DNA of 64,000 nt from an uncultured Bacteroides sp. (GTDB lineage: Bacteria; Bacteroidota; Bacteroidia; Bacteroidales; JACABE01). This document shows, piece by piece, positions 49,964 through 59,899 of this stretch (positions within the stretch are counted from its first letter, which is position 1; each line of letters opens with the position of its first letter). The stretch is taken from NCBI GenBank assembly GCA_964422385.1, contig CAYRBL010000001.1, positions 99,049 through 163,048 of the forward strand. The letters are read 5' to 3'. A program made the translations under genes and the position numbers. The notes under the pieces are model-generated. The model did not search any database, was not told the DNA's origin, and saw only the letters and a program-made list of their open reading frames with translations.

Positions 49964-51655
49964 TTATCGTTTACGTGAACCAATCAATTTAAGATTACGT
50001 TCTTCTACAGGATGAGATTGCCATGCCTTAAATGTTTCCGTAAAAGCCACTTCCTCTGCATATTCCTGAGCTTTTCTAATCTCAGCGATTTGTTCTTCCC
50101 AGCTCATGCACTTAGCATCAGAGATATATGTTTCTTTACCTTTTGATTTAGTAGAAATATTATCACATGAATCATATCCCATTACTGCAGATCTTCTAGT
50201 AGCACAGCCATCCATTAGAGTGCCTAATTGAGAAAGACTTTCTATTTCAGATAATGTCATCTTAATAATAGAATCATGAGAATCTCCTAATCCAGTTTTA
50301 CCAGGTTTTGTTTTAGTTGCTTCAGATCTAGTAGCCTCACTAATTTCGTGTGCAGTAAATTGTCTTGGCTCAGGAGCATCTGGAGTTGTTACCAAATCCT
50401 TATGTCCTACAGGTAAATACTTAGCAAGTTCTTCTTGGGTAGCAAGTCTTACAATTGAATCTGATTCAAAATGTAATCCACCACTACACTTACTGTATTT
50501 ATGAGTTGCTATATATTCAGAAGCATAGATATGATTTGAACTAGCACTATGGTCACACTTAACCCAATATTCAATACTAAGACATTTAATATAATACCAA
50601 ACATCTTTCTCAAACTTAGTAAGTCTTTCAAGATTTTGTACTGCGACTGATTTACCTTCTTTAATAGCAATTTCTACTCTTAAAGCTTGTACTAACTTGG
50701 ATAAATCTTCCATAGTTTTTACATCAGGAAAATCTCCACCACATTCATATCCTAAAACTTTTCCAGTAAATTCTCTTTTATTTAAACCAAGCTGGCTAAA
50801 AATCTTAGAGTTATCTCCACCAAGATTATTTAAATAATACCCATGGACTTCATAACTTAGTCCTTGTAAATTTACTTTTTGACCAATCTTTAATAGCTCA
50901 TAAGAAACTTCAACACATGCTGTAGGTCTTTCTCCTAACACATGTTCTTTAAATTGTTCAAAAGTAATTTCTGGATATTCTGATTTATAATCACTACTAT
51001 GCCAACCACGTGCGTCATTAAACATAGATAAAAGATAACCTCCAATAGCAGAGACAGGTAAACTTGCGTCTCTTCGCCATTTACCTAAAGTTACTTTATT
51101 TTCTCTAGTAACCTTAATAGACCATTTATTTGGAATAGAAGGAGTTCCAACTGCTGTTGTACTTTCATCTCCAAAGAAATGATGTGCTAATTGTCCTAAA
51201 CTGTATGATGGTTTAGCGGATTTATTATAACCCATTACCCACCAATATGTTCCTGCGTCCCAAGCAACACCAGTAGCTTGCGCTCTTGTTGTTTTATACT
51301 TGGACTTCCCAAATTTCTTCATCAAAAACTGCTCAACCCGAGGGTCTACAGTTTGACATTTTCCTTGGACTGGCCAAGGTATTTTTGTAGCTGAGCTAGA
51401 TTCGTCTTTCTTATAGTTCCATGCATTAAATACCCAAGAATCACCACCAGTATCTCGAAAATCAAACCCCATACCTTTTTCACAGTATGGAATTTTATCT
51501 TGAGGAACAGGTTGTCCTAGATATTTATTCATTTCACCTCGACCATTCCATCCATGGGGGGCTTTATCTACCCAACGTCCTTCAGCTCTAATTTCTTCTT
51601 CTGTTTTAAATCTCCACATTGTTTCCATAATTTTTAATCTTATTAAATTGAACAT
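49964..51655 (-). CDS. hypothetical protein (563 aa)
   Basis: Long uninterrupted ORF. Confidence 0.55.
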   Translation of the reverse strand: MFNLIRLKIMETMWRFKTEEEIRAEGRWVDKAPHGWNGRGEMNKYLGQPVPQDKIPYCEKGMGFDFRDTGGDSWVFNAWNYKKDESSSATKIPWPVQGKCQTVDPRVEQFLMKKFGKSKYKTTRAQATGVAWDAGTYWWVMGYNKSAKPSYSLGQLAHHFFGDESTTAVGTPSIPNKWSIKVTRENKVTLGKWRRDASLPVSAIGGYLLSMFNDARGWHSSDYKSEYPEITFEQFKEHVLGERPTACVEVSYELLKIGQKVNLQGLSYEVHGYYLNNLGGDNSKIFSQLGLNKREFTGKVLGYECGGDFPDVKTMEDLSKLVQALRVEIAIKEGKSVAVQNLERLTKFEKDVWYYIKCLSIEYWVKCDHSASSNHIYASEYIATHKYSKCSGGLHFESDSIVRLATQEELAKYLPVGHKDLVTTPDAPEPRQFTAHEISEATRSEATKTKPGKTGLGDSHDSIIKMTLSEIESLSQLGTLMDGCATRRSAVMGYDSCDNISTKSKGKETYISDAKCMSWEEQIAEIRKAQEYAEEVAFTETFKAWQSHPVEERNLKLIGSRKR

Positions 51656-51697
51656 CCCTCGCTATCATAGGATGTTTAGTTATTATGAAACAATTGG

Positions 51698-52087
51698 TTA
51701 TTTATCAGAACCGGCTTCTTTTTTGGATTTGTCGTCCTCGAACCATTCGGTAAATGTTTCTGTAGCTAAATCAAGTTCAACTTGTTTTTCAGCTATTGCA
51801 ACTTTTAATTCTTGGATTCTTTTTGTCCAAGCTTTAGGATCGAAATCCTTACGAGTTACCATAAGTGACAATTCACTTTCTGGATAAAGGTCTGTTGCTG
51901 CGACCAATTTACGATTCAACTCACGTTTTTCAGCTTCTAGATTTCTCACTAGTTCTTCTTGCGCAAAACGCGCATCATCTGCAAGGATTGTTGCTCTTGC
52001 TCCACGGATTTCTTTGCTACTGCCTGACAGTAATTTTGCAAATTTGTTCATCTTCTTTTTTGTTTTGAAATTAATAATTAAATCCAT
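51698..52087 (-). CDS. hypothetical coiled-coil protein
   Basis: 129-aa ORF, charged heptad-like sequence. Confidence 0.45.
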   Translation of the reverse strand: MDLIINFKTKKKMNKFAKLLSGSSKEIRGARATILADDARFAQEELVRNLEAEKRELNRKLVAATDLYPESELSLMVTRKDFDPKAWTKRIQELKVAIAEKQVELDLATETFTEWFEDDKSKKEAGSDK

Positions 52088-52421
52088 ATCCTACCGCCGT
52101 AGGCATACGTTGAGATGTAATGAGTTCCCGCACCCTCCGAAGGGGGATTGGAAACCCAAAACAGAATGCAGCTAGCACAGGAATCGAACCCGCTTAATGG
52201 CATACCAATAGTACTTTAGTACTTAGCCTAACTAGCCTAGACATACTTCGGATCTATTTAGTTCCCGGAGATTTACTGTCGTCTTTTGGAGTTACTTTTT
52301 TAAGCAACTCTTTGTTTCTTAACCTTTTCACATTCCATGATGTGATTTTGGCAGAAATAAAGGCAGATATAGTTACTGCCATAATAAAAAATATCCAAAC
52401 AAGTGTTGTCATAATTTTATT

Positions 52422-52886
52422 TTAAATACGTGGTGCTTTCTTTTTTAATAGTTCTTTTGAACTTGAGTCAAGGTCAGAAGTAAATACTGGTAAATCTTCT
52501 GCAGGTTTAATCGTATGATCCTCTTCATCAGTTTTCAAAGTGTTAAAAGGGTCAACTGCTAGAGGTGCTGTAACTTTTACTGGCTTCTTACCTATAATAT
52601 CATCAACTGTTTTTATTACCTTTAACTTAGTCACTTCAATACCTTCTTTTGTCAATTGTTTATCAAATGGCATAGTTCTTCTAGTACCATCAGTGTACCT
52701 TCTTGGATGATAAATATTCCATGAATAATCATAACCTAACTTATTATTAGTGCCACTTCCTGATTTTTCATTTTGGCAAATAAATATAGCACCTTCACTG
52801 TCAATAGAGATTTTTGCATCATCAATTACAATTCCTTTTAATTTACATGTAACTTTCATTCCATGTTTTAGATCATTTTGGTTCAT
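52422..52886 (-). CDS. hypothetical protein
   Basis: 154-aa ORF. Confidence 0.45.
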   Translation of the reverse strand: MNQNDLKHGMKVTCKLKGIVIDDAKISIDSEGAIFICQNEKSGSGTNNKLGYDYSWNIYHPRRYTDGTRRTMPFDKQLTKEGIEVTKLKVIKTVDDIIGKKPVKVTAPLAVDPFNTLKTDEEDHTIKPAEDLPVFTSDLDSSSKELLKKKAPRI

Positions 52887-53199
52887 TTTCTAATTGTTTT
52901 ATAAATGAGTCAAATGCTGACAATCGAACTTTAGAGTTAGGAACTTCCCACCAATAATCCAATGCAATCGGATTTCGTGGAGTTTCAAATCTATCTTTTA
53001 CAGATAAGGCCCTAACATTTTCATTAGTAAATGTTGGCAAGAAGTCATCAATACAATACATATCAGAATCATAGCCTTTATCCTTAAGGGTTATATTAAT
53101 AGCCCAGCACATACCACCACAATGCATAGTGTCAAAATACATCTTATAACGTATTCTACTTTCTTTATAGATTTCTATCTGTTCTTTAATTGTTAGCAT
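52873..53199 (-). CDS. hypothetical protein
   Basis: 108-aa ORF. Confidence 0.45.
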   Translation of the reverse strand: MLTIKEQIEIYKESRIRYKMYFDTMHCGGMCWAINITLKDKGYDSDMYCIDDFLPTFTNENVRALSVKDRFETPRNPIALDYWWEVPNSKVRLSAFDSFIKQLENEPK

Positions 53200-54025
53200 A
53201 ATTTTAATTTTTTAAAAACAAAGGTTCCATTTAACGTTACAATGCAACCTTTAAAGCAACGGCTTTTCACCACGGTAACAAACTCTTAGTTTATATGTGT
53301 TACCTACCAAGCTGGGTTCGGCTAACATTCCCGAAATCAGGCTCCAATTTAGACGCAGTAAGCGAAACGGTTGGAAAGCAAACACCATTGAGAAATTTAG
53401 GGCAATCTCGAGCCACACAGTGCTATGACCCAGCAGGGGGAACACCTAATCATGTATCCTCGCGTGTTCACTCTATCGCTAGAGTTTAGAGAAGTGTTCA
53501 CAAGTACTGGCACACGAGTTTTCTCTTTGATTATGCAGACGTAATTAAGTGGCAGAGATACCTATCTTAACTTTTAAACGGGCATGAATATACTAAGGTA
53601 GCATGCGCTCCAGATATTACTATCTATACTCGGGAGATTGTTCGTCTAGTGAGTATACCTTTTAACTCTGTCATTGCTTTACGGGCAACCCTGACAGTTG
53701 GGTATGTGGAAACAATCAATCCCTAATTTATGCTCGGACTTATTTGTCTAGGGTACCTCATTACAGAAGCCGAGGTAGCATTGATTGTTATTGGACCGGG
53801 CAGGTGGATTCACACCTGGATCATCCCGGATATGAGTAAATGGAAGCAGAAGGAGCATATAGTGTAGATACCTTCGTTAATTCTAATATCACGTCGCTGA
53901 TACTTCCATTAAAAGAAAAAATTTACAATCGGGATCAGCATACGCTATAAAAAGTGTGAGCAACCGAACAGAGTGCACTTATGAGAGAACAGTCCTAGTA
54001 TGTGTTCTCGAAGAGTCGTAAATTT

Positions 54026-54364
54026 TTATTCGTATGGATAAAATTGATGATTAGTTAACACAATTTCTTTTTGTGCCATGCTTACCATTTTTAACTCGGA
54101 ATTAGATTCCTTCATGAATTTATCATAAAGTCTTTCAGCGTTATACTTATCCTGTGCTGCAATGTAAACATCAACAGAATCTATACCTGCACTAGAACGA
54201 TACACAGTGTGAAATTGATAAATAGTTGTTTGTTGCATATAAGAACTAACAACACGATTTTGCTCACTTTTCGATGGGCTGCACGCAACCATTCCAATAC
54301 CTAGTATCAGAACGATTAAAAGATTTTTTAATTTCATTTTTGGGTTTGAATTTAATTTGAGCAC
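54026..54364 (-). CDS. putative lipoprotein
   Basis: Signal with lipobox-like LVAC (LILGIGMVACSP). Confidence 0.5.
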   Translation of the reverse strand: MLKLNSNPKMKLKNLLIVLILGIGMVACSPSKSEQNRVVSSYMQQTTIYQFHTVYRSSAGIDSVDVYIAAQDKYNAERLYDKFMKESNSELKMVSMAQKEIVLTNHQFYPYE

Positions 54365-54852
54365 CCTCTTGTCTTGATTTACTTTGCAAACTTCTATTAA
54401 AATAGTTGTTTAATCTCAAGAGTAGGGTAATGGTGAGCGAGTTCATGTTAATAAAATCTCCTTCCAGATAATTTACTATGTGCGTTTGACACATTTCCTT
54501 TCTCAAGGGAATAACACGTCTGCCATTACTGACAGTATTTCGGATTTTTCCGAGGGATTCTCTAACCTCATCAGGAATAAATCAAATTGAATTAGGCTTT
54601 CGCTCTCTCTGCAATGTTAGTGCACCTCGGAAGGCTCAATTTTTATTCCTTCATCGTCGCTTTCATAGCTAATTAAGCAACAATATCTTTATCTCTTAAA
54701 TACAAATATCGTATATAATAATCCAAGTACCCATAACGCAACTAAACCTGTACCAACAACATGGTCAGTCTGAGTGTATTGATCGTTAATCATCTGGATT
54801 TTATAAGATAATGTATCTGGAGGAATCGTAAGTAATAATGAATCTTTAAGCA

Positions 54853-55398
54853 TTATTTAAACTTAGTACAAATTGTTTTATGTGGACATTTCCAGCATTC
54901 GCTGTTGTCTTCTTGTCGACATCTCTTAGGACTATCTGGAATACCATCGTCATCATCTCGTGATCCCATATGTTCTGCCATCATTTTTAAAAGGTCTTCA
55001 AGTGGATTGCCTGGGCGTTTTCCTGAACCTAATAAATGTCGAGTAAAATCTTCCAAGTCACTATCGTCATCGTCTTTAATAGGACGACCATGTTTATCGA
55101 CTTTTTTAACATCACCATTTTCTATAAGGGCTTTAAAGAATCCTACTGCAAGATGACGTTTAGTTCCTTGCTGTTCAAGAACTTCTACAATTTGTGACAT
55201 TGTAGAGGTTAAAGGCATTTTAATATTAAGATGAATCTCTTCTTCTTTAAGGCCACAAGCCTCAAAATCAGGAAGGTCTTCACGATGATCAAAGGGTTGT
55301 AGTTTAGCAATCTCAGCTTCTAAAGCTTTGACTAAGTCAACCACTTCAAGGTCTGTTGCCAGACATATTTCAATAATTTTTGATCTAATTGGGTCCAT
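54853..55398 (-). CDS. hypothetical acidic protein with C-terminal CxxC pair
   Basis: 181-aa ORF. Confidence 0.45.
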   Translation of the reverse strand: MDPIRSKIIEICLATDLEVVDLVKALEAEIAKLQPFDHREDLPDFEACGLKEEEIHLNIKMPLTSTMSQIVEVLEQQGTKRHLAVGFFKALIENGDVKKVDKHGRPIKDDDDSDLEDFTRHLLGSGKRPGNPLEDLLKMMAEHMGSRDDDDGIPDSPKRCRQEDNSECWKCPHKTICTKFK

Positions 55399-55568
55399 AT
55401 TTTATTTATGATTAGTTATTTCACTTGCTAATAAAGTACCACTAAAGATAGCAATAATTCCAAAGAAATAAATAGGCCAATTACCCCATTCTTCAGCTTT
55501 ATTACAAGAAATAACAAGTAAAACTATTATTAAAATAGTTCCCAGGAGATACTGTGTTTTCTTTTTCA

Positions 55569-55835
55569 TTACTTTGTTTCAATAATAGTTAAATCAGTTG
55601 TTTTTAAATCAGAAGAAGTGACTGTGTAAGTTTGGGCTGAATCTTTAGAATTCATTGTACGAGTTAAATACTCAGGAGATGAACTCTTCCAAGTTACACT
55701 TATTAGTTTTCTACCTTTCGGTAGTTTTACAGGTTTTACAATGCTATTTGATTTTGCTGTATCAACAGTAATAATAGCGGCTAATACAGAGCCAGCTATT
55801 AATGCACATGCTGTGAATATTTCTTTTGCTTTCAT
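55569..55835 (-). CDS. secreted hypothetical protein
   Basis: Signal peptide MKAKEIFTACALIAGSVLAA. Confidence 0.45.
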   Translation of the reverse strand: MKAKEIFTACALIAGSVLAAIITVDTAKSNSIVKPVKLPKGRKLISVTWKSSSPEYLTRTMNSKDSAQTYTVTSSDLKTTDLTIIETK

Positions 55836-56390
55836 TTTGGGTTTTGTTTTGAATTATTACTTGTAACGTCTACCTGTAATAGGTTTAACATCACTTCTTT
55901 TTTCACTGATAACAGTATCGTAATACGCACGATTACCTAATTCAATTGCGGTTTTTAATGAAGAACTTGTTGCTATTCGTCCAGTTGGACAAATATCTTT
56001 TTCCTGAGTCTTCTCATTAAAAACTTCTTTTGCTTTTGACACTAAAAATCTTCCCTCTCCCATAATTTTTTTTGTTTTTAATTATTATTTATCAAACCAA
56101 ACTACTACAAGTGCCCACAGTATTGCTGTAACCATTGCACTTATAAGACAATACATAGACCAATCAAAATTTTGTCGATTTTGGGTACTTGTGAATGCTA
56201 GAAATACAAATGAGAGCATGAACTCTATGAGCAATGCACTCAGAAATAATTTGTTTACCAATTTCATAAGAATTTTTATTTATTGTTTTAATATTGGAAA
56301 AGAATCTCCCCTCCCCTCAGAAAAGGAGGTTGACCGAGCTTCTGAGCTAGCGGAAAACCGTACTATTTCTTCATTTGAGAGATTCTTTTT

Positions 56391-56460
56391 GTGCATCTGG
56401 GAGATTCGAACTCCCGTACCCCAATCGAATGAGGATCCTCGACCACTAGATGAAGATGCT
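56391..56460 (-). ncRNA. tRNA-like element (T-arm GGGAG-TTCGAAT-CTCCC, acceptor AGCATCT/AGATGCA, non-canonical anticodon region)
   Basis: Embedded in ~800-nt ORF-free region 56270-57085. Confidence 0.35.
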
Positions 56461-58120
56461 ACTACAGTTAATTAGACTGTAGCCAACTCAGGGGTTCGAC
56501 GCCTTGAGATTTTTTATGAGATCTAATGACAAGCAACCCAATTTTTTATTGCGTTTATTGAGGTAGGCATGGCAACTGCCGGTTGGGACTTTAACCTCTG
56601 TCATTTAGTCATTAGATTTTAAGAGCTTTAATATACAATATTTCTAGTCATGTATTAATCCAACTATGTTTTACACATCCAGGATTTATCAAAGTATAGA
56701 AATTAATCAAACGCATTCCACAAGTCTTTATTGGTAATATAAAAGAGTTTCACCTATTATATTATGATTCCAAAATTAAATCTGTCAATTCAGAGAGTCT
56801 TCTTATATTGTATATGCTACCCGAGAGTTACGCGCTTCTTTTGATTAATTATGAGAAATACAACTTGTATTAGTCCAGCGTCTCCCTACCAATGCTAACA
56901 AGATCTCATCCTTGTATAATTGGTTCATACGGTGCTAATACTATCCCTTTTCACTGAGAACGTTACTCTAGAAAGTTGTATTTATTAGAAAAACAATGCG
57001 TAACCACTAGAGCGGGCTTAACTAATGTAGATAATACTACCTACGCATTGTATATTACCATAACTTTTTATCCCAAATATCAACATTACTTAAAACGTAT
57101 AAAAGATGCAATTATAACAGCTCCAAAACAAAGTATTGTAGTAATCGTAAAAGCAGAATAGATGTTACCTCTTACTTCCATATAATTGAATGGATTACCA
57201 TAGATAATACAAAAACGAATATCAGCTATTGCTACAATAACTAATAAAATAATCATTAATAATGTTTTGACTTTCATATATTTGAGTGTTTTGAGTTTCA
57301 AATTAAAAACAGCAGTAAGATTTGAGAACCTGCTGTTATGCCTGATTTCTAAGATCCGTGAGATATTTCATCACGACAGGCTTTGTTGCTGCAAAAAAAG
57401 GAGGGATTCTTTGAGCAGTTATTTGTTATCCTCAGTAAACCAGTAATAAAATTTATGTCCGGCTAATTGAGAAAAGAAAGAAGTAATAAATATAGCCACT
57501 ATCATCCAGAAGTCTATTGCCTTTTGTTCAGGCCTAAAATAAACTATCATTAAAGGAATTTGTAAAACTATAGCTATTAATATCCCAAGGATTATTCCAA
57601 TTGTTTTCATATTAAATAAATTTTCTAACGACTTCAATGAGTTTGGTGAAGTCAACCATTTTGCGTTTGGTGTTACAAAGTCCACAACTTTCATAACACT
57701 CAAAGGGATCAATTTCGTTCTTGTTTGTATGTATAACACACGGTTGTTTTGAGTAAGGGCATTTAGTCAATTTCATAATGACCACGATTATAGCGATAGT
57801 CAAACAATTTCAATTTCCATTTCTTATTAAGCATATGATCTAACCAAAGCTGACGTTGTTCAAATTCACCTCTTGGCCAATAGAACGCATTGTGCTTTTG
57901 TCTTTTATCATAATACTTATTATAGAATTTTGGACGATTGCTTCTAATAAATGTTTTTAATTTTTCGTATTCGTCAAATTGAATAAGATTTTGAAAACTG
58001 TAAATATCAAGAGCTTCATAACATACTCCAGATAAATCTTTCAAATCATTAATTCTTCTTTGATAGTTTCTCGTTAGAACTTTCAATAGCTCTTCAATTG
58101 TTCTCATTTGTATTTGGGGT

Positions 58121-58822
58121 TTATAAATTTTCTTCAATCCATTTATCCAATAATTCTAATTTCATATCAAACTCTTTTGTTTGTATTATGTCAGAATTTT
58201 TAATAGAGTCAATTATTGATTTAATTGTTTGAAAAGGAATCTCTTCTCTATTCCAGCTATCTTTAATTGGTTTAATAGTAATATAGTTGTCTTTATCTAC
58301 TTTAAGTCTTTGTTTCATTATAACAATTTCTTTAGTATCAAAATCTGTAAAAGAACCTCCTGGCTCAATTTCAACCATAACTTTAGTAATAGGTTTACCA
58401 CTATTATAAGCTTCAATATAAGCTTTAATAAATGACTGAGATGATTGTGGTAATCCTAAAGATTTATCAGTTGTAACAATGATTTTCTTACATTCGGATA
58501 TTTGACAACCTAAATCTATTAATCTAGCATAATTACCAAATATGACATAACCTGTTTTAGATATATCAACAATTAATGCTGCAACAAATCCGCCACCTAA
58601 CATTGGTACAATAGCATATTCACCTTCTTTAATTTTTTCATCAGAAGTAATATAAAGATGTCTTTTAGTTAGATTGTCATTACTCCAATATTCATTAGAA
58701 AAATATTGAATATAATCTTCTTTTAAATTGCATAAAATAGGTGCTTTTAAATCTTTTGTAGGAAGCATAACTACATTAGCAGAGTTATAATATCTGCCAT
58801 TGATTTCTTTTAAACTTGACAT
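58121..58822 (-). CDS. hypothetical protein
   Basis: 233-aa ORF. Confidence 0.5.
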   Translation of the reverse strand: MSSLKEINGRYYNSANVVMLPTKDLKAPILCNLKEDYIQYFSNEYWSNDNLTKRHLYITSDEKIKEGEYAIVPMLGGGFVAALIVDISKTGYVIFGNYARLIDLGCQISECKKIIVTTDKSLGLPQSSQSFIKAYIEAYNSGKPITKVMVEIEPGGSFTDFDTKEIVIMKQRLKVDKDNYITIKPIKDSWNREEIPFQTIKSIIDSIKNSDIIQTKEFDMKLELLDKWIEENL

Positions 58823-58855
58823 AATGTTCTTTGTTTGTAAGATTAATAATTTATT

Positions 58856-59290
58856 TTAAGATTGATATTCTTTTAAATACTGATAAGCTTTTTGATATTT
58901 AGTAAGTCTATCAAAGTCTTTTTGTCTAAGACCTTTAAGACGTGTGATTTTACTATTGTGTTCTAAATCACGAAGTTTAATTTCTCTAGCTATTTGATTT
59001 GTAGCTAATTTCTCAATGTATTGTTCATAAGGAACAGATTCATCTGAATGGTCAAGAAGTTTTAATGCTTCAATGATTTCGAAATTAAATCCTAATTCTC
59101 TAAGATACTCATAATCAATACTTGTATCTTCAACAACATCATGTAGAACTGCAACAATCATGTATTTAGTTCCAAGATGTCTAACTTTGTGCATCACCCA
59201 AAGTGGATGAAGTATATAAGGATTTCCACCTCTATCGAATTGCCCCAAATGTGCATTTGATGCAACATTAATAGCTACTCCTAAATCCAT
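58856..59290 (-). CDS. HD-domain phosphohydrolase, SpoT/Mesh1-like small alarmone hydrolase candidate
   Basis: AHLGQFDRGGNPYILHPLWV...AVLHDVVEDT matches RelA/SpoT HD hydrolase signature. Confidence 0.7.
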   Translation of the reverse strand: MDLGVAINVASNAHLGQFDRGGNPYILHPLWVMHKVRHLGTKYMIVAVLHDVVEDTSIDYEYLRELGFNFEIIEALKLLDHSDESVPYEQYIEKLATNQIAREIKLRDLEHNSKITRLKGLRQKDFDRLTKYQKAYQYLKEYQS

Positions 59291-59561
59291 AATTATTTAA
59301 TTTTAATTGTTAAAAATATAACAGTAAGACCGTTAGAAACTGTTATGTGCTCGATTTCGTCCAGAAGTTAATATCTAATGTCGAGTCTTATATTCAGATT
59401 ATGAAGGTTGCGATCCTTGCTGTGCGAACATTCTGAATACATTAATACTTATTTTCAGTTAGTATCATACTGTGTAGAGAGCCTTAAAAGGCTCGGTCTG
59501 GTTTTATTCCGATGAGTCTCACATACTAGAGTACCACTCTATCTGTTATTGAAGATGAGAA

Positions 59562-59899
59562 TTAATCATCATCCCCCATGATTTGACTCATAATCAATTT
59601 GCCAATTGGATGATTTGTCACCCTTTGAAGCATTTGATTTTGCCCGGCAAACAAGAAAGTGATTTCTCTTTTAGGGAGTTCTTCTTCCATGATTTCAACC
59701 TGTTCAGAGAACGTGCTGGTACCACGAGTGTGCGTGCCATTTTTGTCAAGTAATACTTTGTCAATACCACATGCTTTAACATCAGCTTTTTGAGTGTGGT
59801 CAAATGGACGTGATTTAGAAATGGCATTCTCAACTGCCTGGATAAGTTCGATACTGTCAATCCTGAATTGCAGATATCAATAATTTGTTGATTCAACAT
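59562..59899 (-). CDS. hypothetical protein, possibly frameshifted (ATG frame 59618-59899 and a longer ATG-less frame reaching stop at 59562)
   Basis: Alternative frame IDSIELIQAVENAISKSRPFDHTQKADVKACGIDKVLLDKNGTHTRGTSTF...MGDDD looks more protein-like than listed ORF. Confidence 0.3.
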
